Of a DNA stretch of 64,000 nt, positions 18,842 to 28,648 are shown in pieces. Origin of the DNA: Candidatus Yonathbacteria bacterium. Lineage in GTDB: Bacteria > Patescibacteriota > Minisyncoccia > Phycocordibacterales > UBA1550. The translations under genes and the position numbers were made by a program. The notes under the pieces are model-generated. The model had not been told where the DNA came from and did not search any database. It saw nothing but the letters and a program-made list of their open reading frames with translations. Location of the stretch: the NCBI GenBank assembly GCA_003483855.1, contig DMXP01000006.1, positions 24,280 to 88,279 on the forward strand, written 5' to 3'. The first letter of the stretch is position 1. The number at the start of each line of letters is the position of its first letter.

Positions 18842-19077
18842 GACAAGAGAAAATTCTTGAAATAATAATATTTACGCTCTGGAATACTTGTTGGCTTCAT
18901 TGCTTCAAACACCTGCTTCACCCTAGTGACACCGTATTCTCGCATAGCATTCGCCAAAAGGCTGAGCCCGCCGTATGAGAGAATTCTCTGTATTACAAAA
19001 TCCGTCGGAAGCGAGTCGATGCTCGCATCGTTGATATCCCACAAGACTTTTTGAAGATCCTGCTTATTCATGTACAT
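18838..19077 (-). CDS. Small protein upstream of and overlapping AbiEii; putative cognate antitoxin, unclassified
   Basis: 79 aa with a 4-nt overlap onto the toxin gene. No recognisable domain by eye. Confidence 0.35.
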   Translation of the reverse strand: MYMNKQDLQKVLWDINDASIDSLPTDFVIQRILSYGGLSLLANAMREYGVTRVKQVFEAMKPTSIPERKYYYFKNFLLS

Positions 19078-19128
19078 TAATTATACCATAATTTGGTACT
19101 AATTTCCACACACGTTAGTAACCCCTCA

Positions 19129-19176
19129 CACCAATCCTACAATAAACAGCTATAGCTGTTTATTGTAGGATTGGTG
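19129..19176. repeat. Perfect 48-bp palindrome centred on TATA
   Basis: caccaatcctacaataaacagc-tata-gctgtttattgtaggattggtg. Confidence 0.85.
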
Positions 19177-19204
19177 AAAAGTAATCCTCATTCACTCCAG
19201 CCCA

Positions 19205-19324
19205 ATTCGTAACAATAGAACGCTATCTCCAAGTGAGCGAGCGAAGTGCAAACACGACGTTTGCGACTTCCGAGCGAACGCAGGAGATATTGTACCCAGT
19301 TATATAGCGTTCTATTGTTACGAA
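19205..19324. repeat. MITE-like / long-hairpin element with perfect 22-bp terminal inverted repeats
   Basis: attcgtaacaatagaacgctat ... atagcgttctattgttacgaat flank a 76-bp core. The core contains a further hairpin (gcaaac-acgac-gtttgc). Confidence 0.6.
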
Positions 19325-19463
19325 TGAGAAAAAAAAGAAAAACAAGGAATTTGCCTTAGTAAACGTCATTGCGAGGTACGAAGCAATCCAATAAACACGG
19401 CTCAAATACCGGATTGCTTCGAGTACTCGCAAGAACAGAGAGCGTGAGGGTTAGAATATATTC

Positions 19464-21419
19464 CTATAGAACCGCATCTTTTATTGGATATTCTTTTAGA
19501 ATCTTTTCCGCTTCTTTGCGTTTGCCGTTTGTCAGCAAAATCTGTAAGTAATACTTTTCCGCAGTCTCAAATTCTGGCGCAAGCTCAAACGCGCGTTTAA
19601 ATATCTCCTCAGATTTTGCTGTATCTTTCTTGCTGTAATACGCGCTAGCAAGCTCAAAAAGAATTGTTTGTTTCGTAGGTGAAAGTTCCACAGCTTTATT
19701 TAGGTACTCTATTCCTTTATCAATCTCGCCTGTCTTTACAAGATACGACCCTGCAAAAAGCTGGTATCTTGCGTCAGTTGGAAGACTCTCTGCTTGTTTT
19801 TCAAGCTCGCTTTTCGCCAAATCAATAAATTGTTTTTGCATCTCTGAAATGCCTTTTGAGGAATCAAAGGCTCCGGTTGAAAATGATGCGAGTTGTTCAC
19901 GAGCTTCCGCGGTTCCAAACGAATTATACGCAATAGTTCTTTTCATTAATTCCAAATTGTACACAGCGCCTCTTTCTGAACGCTCGGACAATGCTCGAAT
20001 GAGCGTTGTGTTTTGCATATAACCATTGTAGTTTACCGCGTAAACAAGAACGAGAGCGAGGACAACTACCCCGCCGGAAACGAATGTCGTCAGGTCTTCC
20101 TCCCCAACTTTAAATTTACTTTCAACTTTCAACGTTCCACTTTCTACTTGCGTGTGACACATACCCTCCACATACGCGAGGATTGTTCCAAAATAAATGA
20201 GCGAGGTAAGATTATCAAACACAAAAAGATTTTGGAAAAAATATCCGCCAAGGAGACCAGTGAGTACGCTTTTTTCTACAACCGACAGTTCGTCCGCACG
20301 ACGCCAGATGCAATATACAGCGCAAGCAAAAAGCGATATATACCCCAAAAGCCCGAGGATACCGCCTGCTATCAGCCAGTCAAAGAAAACATTGTGCGCG
20401 CGGTCAAACCACTGCTCCTGCCCCCACATATTTGGGTCATAATATTCATTGAATACATAATTAAAGTTCTCCATTCCCCACCCGAGAATTGGACGTTCTT
20501 TAAACCCTTCGTACGCCATCCCCCACACCATCACGCGCGCATTTTTAGAAAAATTGCTAATTGATATTTCTGAAAATCGTGCTAGGAGTGGCGTCTCTTT
20601 TACAAATGTTGTTTCTCGCGCTACGATAAATCCTCCGATAATTATCGCAATTGTGATCAGGGCTCCAATCGCCCACTTGCGTAGTGTTTTTCTCTGAGAC
20701 TCTAGCACAGCTATAAGTAGCGTTGCGAGACCAACACCAACCATAAGACCCAAAACTGCACCGCGAGTTCCTGTGTGATACAGAACGACTGCTTGCAAAA
20801 TGGCAATCGCGCTATAAATAAAAATTTTTGCACGTTGTCCAGCGTTAGTGAAACTCTCACGCATCATTAAAAATACAGCAATAAATATATTAAAGTATGC
20901 GTAAATACCAAGATATGAAGAATTGCCAAGAGAAGCGCTCACGCGGAAACCAACTGGGGAGCCGGGCAATTGCAGTAATGCGTAAATTGCCATAATGACA
21001 CCAACTCCCAGATGAAAGTTTAAATATTGACGCCATAGGTCACGCACCTTAAGCACGGTGGATGCAACTATGAAATATGCAAAGAGGTGAAAATAAGTGA
21101 CCACACCCTCCATGCGCTCAAAGTTTGACCAAAAGCTCTTTGTTGGATTCTCACCAAAAATTGCAGAGAGAGTAATAATTGCGAGAAATGCGCCTAGTGC
21201 TCCCAGAAGCCAGCTTCTGTTTGGACGATATGCTGGATCTATAAACGCGAGGACAATCCACGCGGAAAACATTATTTCAACAACAATACGGAACGCGAAG
21301 TTTTTTCCTACGATAAATGGGAAAAAGGTCGATTGACCCAAAACGATAAACGGGATAAAAGGCACCAAAATAAACCCCGTTAAAACCACCGCATTTGCTA
21401 AAATCTTGTGTAAATTCAT
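19464..21419 (-). CDS. O-antigen ligase/polymerase-like polytopic membrane protein with C-terminal TPR repeats
   Basis: About 12 TM helices with a Wzy_C-like loop region, then TPR-like repeats (…YLNKAVELSPTKQ…AFELAPEFETAEKYY…). 651 aa. Confidence 0.6.
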   Translation of the reverse strand: MNLHKILANAVVLTGFILVPFIPFIVLGQSTFFPFIVGKNFAFRIVVEIMFSAWIVLAFIDPAYRPNRSWLLGALGAFLAIITLSAIFGENPTKSFWSNFERMEGVVTYFHLFAYFIVASTVLKVRDLWRQYLNFHLGVGVIMAIYALLQLPGSPVGFRVSASLGNSSYLGIYAYFNIFIAVFLMMRESFTNAGQRAKIFIYSAIAILQAVVLYHTGTRGAVLGLMVGVGLATLLIAVLESQRKTLRKWAIGALITIAIIIGGFIVARETTFVKETPLLARFSEISISNFSKNARVMVWGMAYEGFKERPILGWGMENFNYVFNEYYDPNMWGQEQWFDRAHNVFFDWLIAGGILGLLGYISLFACAVYCIWRRADELSVVEKSVLTGLLGGYFFQNLFVFDNLTSLIYFGTILAYVEGMCHTQVESGTLKVESKFKVGEEDLTTFVSGGVVVLALVLVYAVNYNGYMQNTTLIRALSERSERGAVYNLELMKRTIAYNSFGTAEAREQLASFSTGAFDSSKGISEMQKQFIDLAKSELEKQAESLPTDARYQLFAGSYLVKTGEIDKGIEYLNKAVELSPTKQTILFELASAYYSKKDTAKSEEIFKRAFELAPEFETAEKYYLQILLTNGKRKEAEKILKEYPIKDAVL

Positions 21420-21425
21420 AGTGTC
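21382..21425. repeat. 44-bp direct repeat, copy 1 (includes the authentic start of the 19464-21419 gene)
   Basis: aaaaccaccgcatttgctaaaatcttgtgtaaattcataRtgtc is repeated at 22054-22097 with 1 mismatch. Confidence 0.85.
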
Positions 21426-21433
21426 TCAGTTGT

Positions 21434-21766
21434 CTAATTGCTGATTATTTCAACAATTTTTCTAATAATTTCTTTTGTTTTCCTTTCCTTCACATTTCCA
21501 ACCTTATACAAAATTAGACCTTTATCAGCAGTAAAAATTCTGTTTGGCCTTATGTTGCTATCCACCAAAAGATTGCCTTTTGCAAAATCAGTTCTCAGTA
21601 ATGAAATTGAGTATTTATCTTTTACAGTTTTACTGGTTATCTGACAAAGAATAACATCATCACCCTTGAGTCTGCTGACAACAAAAGCTGGCCTCTTTTT
21701 TATACTAGACAAATCAGAAAAAGGAAACGGGATAACCACAATGTCCCCTTTTATAAATTCTTCCAT
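21434..21766 (-). CDS. MazF/PemK-family endoribonuclease toxin
   Basis: GDIVVIPFPFSDLSSIKKRPAFVVS matches the MazF/PemK N-terminal signature; 110 aa. Confidence 0.7.
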   Translation of the reverse strand: MEEFIKGDIVVIPFPFSDLSSIKKRPAFVVSRLKGDDVILCQITSKTVKDKYSISLLRTDFAKGNLLVDSNIRPNRIFTADKGLILYKVGNVKERKTKEIIRKIVEIISN

Positions 21767-21987
21767 GTTTTTTCTTCCACTAGTTTAAGCCAGTCCTTAG
21801 CCAAACTGGACTCGCTGATAGTGGTTGAAAAAGCTAAATTTGTTTTTGGGGTATTTTTTTTTGTGTTTTTAGAATTTAACTTTTCTAAATTTTTTGTGAT
21901 TTTTTCATAAATACCTAAAGGCAAAAGCATCATCGGCTTGCCACCAATAATTATTCTGGAGCTTGATTTTAGAGCTAAATGATTCAT
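21751..21987 (-). CDS. Putative antitoxin of the MazF-like toxin (AbrB/MazE-like?)
   Basis: Overlaps the toxin start by 16 nt. LKSSSRIIIGGKPMMLLPLGIYEKI suggests a swapped-hairpin fold. Start set at the internal Met; the ORF could extend to 22050. Confidence 0.4.
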   Translation of the reverse strand: MNHLALKSSSRIIIGGKPMMLLPLGIYEKITKNLEKLNSKNTKKNTPKTNLAFSTTISESSLAKDWLKLVEEKTWKNL

Positions 21988-22053
21988 TTCTACATTATAG
22001 TGTAGTCTTATGGATAAGTAAACAAGGGCTCGGTTGTTGATATTTGCCACATC

Positions 22054-22097
22054 AAAACCACCGCATTTGCTAAAATCTTGTGTAAATTCATAATGTC
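22054..22097. repeat. 44-bp direct repeat, copy 2 (orphan duplicate of the membrane-gene 5' end, upstream of the TA cassette)
   Basis: Identical to 21382-21425 apart from 1 mismatch. It creates the spurious ORF 22008-22238, which begins MNLHKILANAVVL like the real gene. Confidence 0.85.
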
Positions 22098-22210
22098 ACT
22101 ATATAACTTGGTACAATATATTCTACACTCGCTCGGAAATACAAATCGCATGTTTGTATTTCTCTCACTCGTTTGAATATCGTACCATAAATTAATTGGA
22201 ATGATGAATT

Positions 22211-22879
22211 CTACTCGCGATATTCTTTCAATAGCCAAGAACTCGACTGTACTTTCCCCCCACCGACATTAAAGACCATTTCTACGCCAAGCTCTTTACA
22301 TATTTTTGCCTCTGGAATATCCGCTTCCGCTTTTCGATCACCACCATTTGCAAACACTTGTGGACGAATCTTTTCAATTGCCTCTCCCACATCATTGCGG
22401 TCACTTTCTAAAATGAAAACATCGTCAACACAACTAAATCCTCGTATAATCCCAGCACGTTCTTCTTGATTCATAAAATTCTTTCCTTTCTTGCGAATTA
22501 ACCACTTGTCACAATTAAGCACAACGACCAATTTGTCGCCAAGATTCTTTGCTTCCTCAAACATTTGAAGATGACCAATATGAACAGGGTCAAAGCCTCC
22601 ACTCACCATCACTACACGCTTTGCTGTCTCGCGACCGTAGTCGTCTTCGTAGCGAATAATGTCGTTCTCTTGTGGTTTACCATAAACAAACTCTAGGTAA
22701 GCGCCAGGCAGTAGTCGATGTTTTTGCATCGGTTCTACTTTATAAAAACCAAAATGCCATTCTGTGCGCTGGCTGTGCGACTGAAGGCTAGTGCGTCCGC
22801 GGACAAGGATAAACTTGAGCCATGTATGTTTAGTGTTGAAAAGCTTCCACATCGCCCCCCATGGTCTTACTATTTTCAT
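22211..22879 (-). CDS. Cupin domain fused to a cytidylyl/adenylyltransferase domain (RfaE domain II / TagD-like)
   Basis: N-terminal RPWG..W......KF..V..G..SLQSHSQRTE (cupin). C-terminal VMVSGGFDPVHIGHLQMFEEAK (HxGH nucleotidyltransferase). Confidence 0.6.
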   Translation of the reverse strand: MKIVRPWGAMWKLFNTKHTWLKFILVRGRTSLQSHSQRTEWHFGFYKVEPMQKHRLLPGAYLEFVYGKPQENDIIRYEDDYGRETAKRVVMVSGGFDPVHIGHLQMFEEAKNLGDKLVVVLNCDKWLIRKKGKNFMNQEERAGIIRGFSCVDDVFILESDRNDVGEAIEKIRPQVFANGGDRKAEADIPEAKICKELGVEMVFNVGGGKVQSSSWLLKEYRE

Positions 22880-22940
22880 AAAAAATACTATACCACAAAG
22901 ACTATTGCCTAACTACTCAACAAAACCGAAATAATGTAAT

Positions 22941-24035
22941 ATGCTTATACATATGAAAAAAGCGCTTATAACAGGCATCACTGGGCAAGACGGTTCGTAC
23001 CTTGCCGAGCTCCTCCTTGAAAAAGGATACGAGGTACACGGGATAATTCGTCGCGCAAGCAGTTTTAACACGGGAAGAATCGATCACATTTATCAAGACC
23101 CGCACGAATCTGGCAAACGCCTTTTTTTGCACTATGGAGACCTCACAGATTCCACCAATCTCATCCGCATCATCAAAGAGGTTCAGCCCGACGAGATTTA
23201 CAACCTTGCGGCACAAAGCCACGTAAAAGTATCTTTCGAGGTCCCTGAATATACAGGGAACTCCGATGCGCTCGGCACGCTTCGCATCCTTGAGGCTATC
23301 CGCCTTCTTGGGCTTGAGAAAAAGACAAAATTCTACCAAGCTTCAACCTCAGAAATGTTTGGAGCAACTCCACCACCGCAAAGCGAGGACACTCCATTTT
23401 ACCCTCGTAGCCCCTATGGCGCGGCGAAAGTGTACGCATACTGGATAACAAAGAACTACCGCGAGGCTTATGGCATTTTTGCAGTATCGGGAATTCTTTT
23501 CAATCACGAATCCCCTCGCCGCGGAGAGACATTCGTAACAAGGAAAATTACGCGCGCGGCCACAAGAATCTCACTCGGATTACAGGAAAAATTATTCCTT
23601 GGGAACCTTAATGCAAAAAGAGACTGGGGACATGCAAAGGACTATGTGAATGCAATGTACCTTATGTTACAGCATCCTGAACCTGAGGATTTTGTTATTG
23701 CGACTGGTGAACAATATTCCGTACGCGCATTTTGTAATGCTGTTTTCAAAGAACTAGGAATTGAGCTCAAATGGAAAGGAGAAGGGGCTAGCGAAATTGG
23801 AACTGACAATGCTACAGGAAAGACAATTATAGAAATTGACCCACGTTATTTCCGACCCACAGAAGTTGAATCGCTCCTTGGTGACCCTTCAAAGGCACAG
23901 GAAAAACTTGGATGGAAAGCGGAGGTTGGTTTCGAGGGACTCGTAAAAGAGATGGTTGCGACAGACCTTGAGGAAGCAAAGAAGGATGTCCATCTCGCGA
24001 AAGGTGGGTTCAAAATCCAGAAGCACTACGAATAA
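22941..24035 (+). CDS. gmd: GDP-mannose 4,6-dehydratase
   Basis: [44 protein letters not shown]...; 364 aa. Confidence 0.9.
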   Translation: MLIHMKKALITGITGQDGSYLAELLLEKGYEVHGIIRRASSFNTGRIDHIYQDPHESGKRLFLHYGDLTDSTNLIRIIKEVQPDEIYNLAAQSHVKVSFEVPEYTGNSDALGTLRILEAIRLLGLEKKTKFYQASTSEMFGATPPPQSEDTPFYPRSPYGAAKVYAYWITKNYREAYGIFAVSGILFNHESPRRGETFVTRKITRAATRISLGLQEKLFLGNLNAKRDWGHAKDYVNAMYLMLQHPEPEDFVIATGEQYSVRAFCNAVFKELGIELKWKGEGASEIGTDNATGKTIIEIDPRYFRPTEVESLLGDPSKAQEKLGWKAEVGFEGLVKEMVATDLEEAKKDVHLAKGGFKIQKHYE

Positions 24036-24055
24036 AAGACGAGGTCTCTTCCCTT

Positions 24056-24511
24056 ATGAATCATATCCCCGCCGAGCTTTACCAAAAAATACACGCGGTA
24101 CTCCCTATTGTTTGTGCCGATATTGTGTTGGTAAAAAATAATTCTTTTCTGCTTGCAAAACGAAACAACAAACCCGCGCAAGGACAATGGTTTTTCCCAG
24201 GTGGAAGAATATTGAAAGGCGAGAGACTCGAGGATGCAATAAGGAGAAAGATCCACGAAGAGCTGGGAATAGTGGCAAATGTTGAAAAAATCCTTGGTGT
24301 AGATGACACAATTTTCCCCGATGGGCCATTTGATAGCCCTACCCACACCGTAAATATTGTTTTTCTTGTAAGTCTCGAAAACCAAAATGATGTTATTTCA
24401 CTCGACACCCAAAACGAAGAATATCAGTGGTATACTCACATAGACGATGTATGGCATCCATACGTGAAAAAGTTTCTCGCGCTTGCAGGATTTGAGAAGC
24501 AATATAATTAA
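24056..24511 (+). CDS. gmm: NUDIX hydrolase, GDP-mannose mannosyl hydrolase-like
   Basis: Nudix box GGRILKGERLEDAIRRKIHEELG, positioned between gmd and fcl. Confidence 0.7.
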   Translation: MNHIPAELYQKIHAVLPIVCADIVLVKNNSFLLAKRNNKPAQGQWFFPGGRILKGERLEDAIRRKIHEELGIVANVEKILGVDDTIFPDGPFDSPTHTVNIVFLVSLENQNDVISLDTQNEEYQWYTHIDDVWHPYVKKFLALAGFEKQYN

Positions 24512-24522
24512 CGACAGCGACT

Positions 24523-25455
24523 ATGAAAAAAGATTCTAAAATATTTGTTGCAGGACATCGTGGACTCGTCGGGTCTGCTATTGCGCGAGCGCTTCAAAAC
24601 GACGGCTTTACAAATCTTGTCCTTAAAACACACCAGGAACTTGACCTCACGAATCAACAAGCGGTTGCTGATTTTTTTACAAAAGAAAAACCAGAGTTTG
24701 TTTTCCTTTCTGCGGCAAAAGTTGGCGGTATTATGGCAAACAAGACTTTCCCAGCAGATTTTATTTACAATAATCTCGCGATACAAGCAAACATTATCCA
24801 CAGCGCATACGTAAATAATGTAAAAAAATTACTATTTCTCGGAAGCTCATGCATCTATCCAAAGCTCTGTCCACAGCCCATAAAGGAGGAGTATCTGCTA
24901 TCTGGACCGCTTGAGGAATCAAATAAAGCCTACGCGGTAGCAAAAATCGCGGGAATCATTATGTGTCAATCATACAACGAGCAGTACGGCACCAATTTCA
25001 TCTCTCTAATGCCAACTAATCTATACGGACAAAATGACAATTTTGATCTTGAAAATTCTCATGTGCTTCCTGCAATGATTCGGAAATTCCATGAAGCAAA
25101 GGTTTCTCTAGCGCCAAGTGTTACTCTATGGGGCACTGGAAGCGCAATGCGCGAATTTCTGCACGTTGACGATCTTGCAGATGCAAGCCTCTTCTTGATG
25201 AAAAATTATAATGAGTCATCCATTGTAAACGTTGGTACAGGAGAAGACGTCACAATTAAGGAGCTTGCGGAAATGATTAGGAATATAGTGGGCTATTCAG
25301 GCGAGATTGTTTGGGACACAACCAAACCAGACGGAACCCCAAGGAAACTCCTAGATGTTAGCAAAATGAATTCTCTTGGATGGAAGCATAGAGTACCTCT
25401 CGACGAGGGCATAACATCTACATACAACTGGTTTAAGGAAAATTACAAACTCTAA
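24523..25455 (+). CDS. fcl: GDP-L-fucose synthase (GDP-4-keto-6-deoxymannose 3,5-epimerase/4-reductase)
   Basis: KIFVAGHRGLVGSAI...LFLGSSCIYPK...; 310 aa. Confidence 0.88.
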   Translation: MKKDSKIFVAGHRGLVGSAIARALQNDGFTNLVLKTHQELDLTNQQAVADFFTKEKPEFVFLSAAKVGGIMANKTFPADFIYNNLAIQANIIHSAYVNNVKKLLFLGSSCIYPKLCPQPIKEEYLLSGPLEESNKAYAVAKIAGIIMCQSYNEQYGTNFISLMPTNLYGQNDNFDLENSHVLPAMIRKFHEAKVSLAPSVTLWGTGSAMREFLHVDDLADASLFLMKNYNESSIVNVGTGEDVTIKELAEMIRNIVGYSGEIVWDTTKPDGTPRKLLDVSKMNSLGWKHRVPLDEGITSTYNWFKENYKL

Positions 25456-26312
25456 ATCCTTATCCACGTTTCAGGAACAATATTTGGATGAGGATCTGGT
25501 TCTTTTTTCACCCACTTCCTTGGCGCAATTACTATTTTTTTTGGATTTTTGTTAAGATAAGCGCCCCACCACGAAAAGGAAGAGTTTGCGATAATATGGT
25601 TAGAGCACGAGGACATGAGAAACAACTCTTCGTATTCTTTTAATCTTGAATTTGAAACATACTTAAAATCAGTGCGTTCGCCGAATTCTTTTTTAACCCA
25701 TAGAATATCATCAGAAAAAAAGTAAAATATTGGTAATTCAATTTTTGATTGCATCAGGTTAATGGCTTTTTCGTAATATTCTTTTGAACAAACCCCATGC
25801 GCGCTATTGGTTTTAGGATCATTCACATAGTCCCCTCTCCTAATATGCACGGAAACGCTCTTTGTTTTATCAATCTTGTTTTTCTCTGCCAAAAAAACCT
25901 CAGATTCTTTTTTTAAAGTAAACTCTTTTAGTGCCTTATCTTTTACCTCTATAAAATTTTTTTCAGATTGAAAATACCCTTCAATATACTTGTGGTTTTT
26001 CTTAAAAAAACTCGCATCATAATCTACATAATGCTTCTTCAAAACTCTCTGACTAAATGCTCTCAATAATTTTGAAAAAATACCAAACGGATTTCTTGCC
26101 TTTTCAACCTCGCTTATCGTCGCTATAGTCGCCGAAAGATTAAATGGGAACATTCTGTATTGTCTGGGCGTATTTGCGTTCACATAGCGCGGGTCATCAT
26201 ATCCTGTAATATCAAGTTTAAGTGCCTCCTTTTTTTGAGAAGCAACCGAAAATCCCGTTGCATACTGAAACATCTGATTTCCCAGCCCGCCTTTTAATTT
26301 AACAATAATCAT
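25452..26312 (-). CDS. GT11-family alpha-1,2-fucosyltransferase
   Basis: N-terminal ...KLKGGLGNQMFQYA... is the GT11 signature; 286 aa. Confidence 0.75.
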   Translation of the reverse strand: MIIVKLKGGLGNQMFQYATGFSVASQKKEALKLDITGYDDPRYVNANTPRQYRMFPFNLSATIATISEVEKARNPFGIFSKLLRAFSQRVLKKHYVDYDASFFKKNHKYIEGYFQSEKNFIEVKDKALKEFTLKKESEVFLAEKNKIDKTKSVSVHIRRGDYVNDPKTNSAHGVCSKEYYEKAINLMQSKIELPIFYFFSDDILWVKKEFGERTDFKYVSNSRLKEYEELFLMSSCSNHIIANSSFSWWGAYLNKNPKKIVIAPRKWVKKEPDPHPNIVPETWIRI

Positions 26313-26317
26313 GGCTA

Positions 26318-27136
26318 CTATTTTTTAACAAATAAAGAGTCGCTCTTTATTCTTTCTAACACTACAATATTAAAGTCGGAAAGAAAATTCGCAATTTCAT
26401 CTTGGTTTTCTGTCTCAATCATAAGATGTGCTCCAGAAGAGAGCAATGAAAGCGTTGTTGTTGCTCCGAGAAGGACATCTTTTTCGTATCCTTCGGTGTC
26501 AATTTTAATAAAATCAATAGTCTGTGCAATTTCAGGAGTGATGCAACTATCGAGCGTTTTAACCTGGATTGTGGTGTGAGATTTTGTGCTACCTGCTATG
26601 GATGTATCTTGAATAGCCGCACCGCCAAGGTGTGCTGTATCGACATAAATTTCTGCGGACTCCTCACGAGCGCCAAGCGCAAATGACATTATTGAAACCT
26701 GCTTATCCAGTTCGTTGAGTGAAATATTTTTTATAAGTACATCAATCGTTTGAGGGAAGGGTTCAAATGCATATGCATGAGAATAGTTATAACTCAGAAG
26801 CCCAAGTATGGTGTATCTGCCACGATTAGCACCAATATCAATCAAAGTTCGCTTCTTTGGTGGTTTATCAAGCCAGTGCATAAGATGCGACTCAAAATAC
26901 TCAGAACAAATTGTCAGCGTGTCATCATGTGTACGAGGAATCATGAAAGTACCAACGGAATTCTTAATAATAAAATAAGACTTTTCACTCATAGTATCTA
27001 TCATGGTGCTATGAAAAACCCTTCGAAAAAACGTCCATAGTTTTACTCGCCAGTAAAAGAAGAAGAAGTCAATTCTAGAACCAGACACAACAGAAGTGTG
27101 TATGTAGTCTTTCAAGAGTATAAATATTTTCCTCAT
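26318..27136 (-). CDS. FkbM-family methyltransferase
   Basis: ...LIDIGANRGRYT...AFEPFPQT... Start moved to MRKIF, abutting the upstream gene; the ORF could extend to 27169. Confidence 0.65.
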   Translation of the reverse strand: MRKIFILLKDYIHTSVVSGSRIDFFFFYWRVKLWTFFRRVFHSTMIDTMSEKSYFIIKNSVGTFMIPRTHDDTLTICSEYFESHLMHWLDKPPKKRTLIDIGANRGRYTILGLLSYNYSHAYAFEPFPQTIDVLIKNISLNELDKQVSIMSFALGAREESAEIYVDTAHLGGAAIQDTSIAGSTKSHTTIQVKTLDSCITPEIAQTIDFIKIDTEGYEKDVLLGATTTLSLLSSGAHLMIETENQDEIANFLSDFNIVVLERIKSDSLFVKK

Positions 27137-27864
27137 ATATTTTCTTTTACAAATACAAAACAACCACATGCATACTTCTCATTCTCCAAAAGCTTCACGT
27201 CAGCGTCGCGTATAATTGCGCCTGAATGTTCGGGAATGAGTGTAAATTCTTTGAGTGTAAGATTGGGGAATAATTTTTTCACTGCCTCGTAGCTGTAAAT
27301 TCTGTGCGCATTGTATTCAATCATTGCCTCCTTGCCAATTGGAACCACAAAAAGAAGCAAGCCACTTTTTGCAAGTACTCGCGATAGTTCTTTCGCGGCT
27401 TTTATATCGCCATCAGGGTCAATAGGGTCGCCATATCGTCCAAGTCCGATATGCTCAACAACATGCATGCAGGAAAGAGAGTTGATAGAGCCGTCCTCAA
27501 AAGGAAGCCGCATTAAATCTGCCTGCTTGCTCTCTAAATTCGAAAGCACAATATCAGCAGGACGATAATCATAAAAATCCACAGGAACAAAAGCAGAGAC
27601 AATCCCAGCAAAATACAGTGACGAAGAAATATCAACATGTTTTTCTGGCTTAGTTTCTGCAAGAACCCTTGCTGCCCAGGATGTATGATAAACGTAGTGT
27701 CTATCAAATCCTGTCTTTATTGTCTTGTCTTTTACTTGTGGATAAAAGTCTGATATCGACAAACTAAATCGTGGATTTTTGTCTTGTTTATGAAACCTCA
27801 AAAAATCCACGAGTACAAATGGTATGAGCACAATACGTATTATTTTTTTTATAAGTGCTTTCAT
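27133..27864 (-). CDS. DUF268-family putative SAM-dependent methyltransferase (paralogue A)
   Basis: About 60% identical to the 34665-35435 product. Shared motifs include DFYDYRPA...LMRLPF...SCMHVVEHIGLGRYGD...NAHRIYSYE. Confidence 0.55.
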   Translation of the reverse strand: MKALIKKIIRIVLIPFVLVDFLRFHKQDKNPRFSLSISDFYPQVKDKTIKTGFDRHYVYHTSWAARVLAETKPEKHVDISSSLYFAGIVSAFVPVDFYDYRPADIVLSNLESKQADLMRLPFEDGSINSLSCMHVVEHIGLGRYGDPIDPDGDIKAAKELSRVLAKSGLLLFVVPIGKEAMIEYNAHRIYSYEAVKKLFPNLTLKEFTLIPEHSGAIIRDADVKLLENEKYACGCFVFVKENI

Positions 27865-27907
27865 TTGCAGTGTTTTAACAGAGAGTATATATAAAATTCA
27901 AAAAAAT

Positions 27908-28648
27908 TTACTTTCTTTTAATAACTGACACCCCTTTGTGTTGCACTGCAATAGATGCGCATTCATTTGCGAAAATTATAGCTTCCTCAATATCCTCTGT
28001 TTCAGCATACTTCACCAAAAGAGCTGCAAAAAAACTATCCCCTGCTCCTGAAACATCATTGACCTCAACTTTTTCTCTTACCGGGTAAATTTTGCCATTA
28101 AAGCACGCTCCGGACTCCCCTTTCGTATAAATAATTTTACCATCGAGGGCTTTAGGTATAAAATCTTTCGACCGCTCATACTCAAAATTATTAATTTTCA
28201 CAAACTTTACCTTGTTGGCCCAGTCGCCTAGTATCTTTTTTGTATCGATAAATACATTGTCGTGATTCTCACAAAGATACTTGATGTCCTCCTCGGTTAA
28301 AAAGCCCTTGTTGTAGTCCGAAATCGCAATAATGTCGTAATCAAGTGGAACCCTTTTAATATCAATTCGTGGAATAACATGGTCGGTGTCTACGCGAATA
28401 AACATATGGTTGCTTTCGAGATGCATATATCTTGTCTTGGTTACATTTTCCCATCCTTCATTTGTCACAATGTCACAGTTGTCAAAAATACTGCGAACGT
28501 TTCGCTCAACGTTCATTGCCATTCCTGGGTTTTCAGTTTGGTTAACGATGCTTAGGGCTGGAACTGGGATATCTGGGCACAGCCTATTCGCCTTGCAGTA
28601 CACAAAGACATCACGACAGCTCTCTCCTACGATAAGTATTTTTTTCAT
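27908..28648 (-). CDS. PfkB-family sugar kinase (RfaE domain I-like)
   Basis: C-terminal DVSGAGDSFFAAL PfkB signature; 246 aa. Confidence 0.65.
   Translation of the reverse strand: MKKILIVGESCRDVFVYCKANRLCPDIPVPALSIVNQTENPGMAMNVERNVRSIFDNCDIVTNEGWENVTKTRYMHLESNHMFIRVDTDHVIPRIDIKRVPLDYDIIAISDYNKGFLTEEDIKYLCENHDNVFIDTKKILGDWANKVKFVKINNFEYERSKDFIPKALDGKIIYTKGESGACFNGKIYPVREKVEVNDVSGAGDSFFAALLVKYAETEDIEEAIIFANECASIAVQHKGVSVIKRK

Noticed and set aside
19223-19551. 69-aa and 60-aa ORFs in the palindrome-rich spacer
   Set aside because: They overlap the MITE-like inverted repeats. Their translations are dictated by the palindromic sequence, so they are not credible genes.
20013-20564. 183-aa plus-strand ORF inside the ligase-like membrane gene
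   Set aside because: Antisense shadow of a long, TM-rich, well-supported minus-strand ORF.
21382-22097. Interpreting the 44-bp and 68-bp direct repeats as classic transposon target-site duplications
   Set aside because: Target-site duplications are normally 2-15 bp, and no transposase or terminal inverted repeats are present in either insert. Homologous-recombination-mediated cassette exchange, site-specific integration or an assembly artefact are more likely. They are kept as findings, but not called IS elements.
22008-22238. 76-aa ORF starting MNLHKILANAVVL
   Set aside because: It results from the orphan 44-bp duplicate of the membrane gene's 5' end. Only the first 12 residues are meaningful, so it is not an independent gene.
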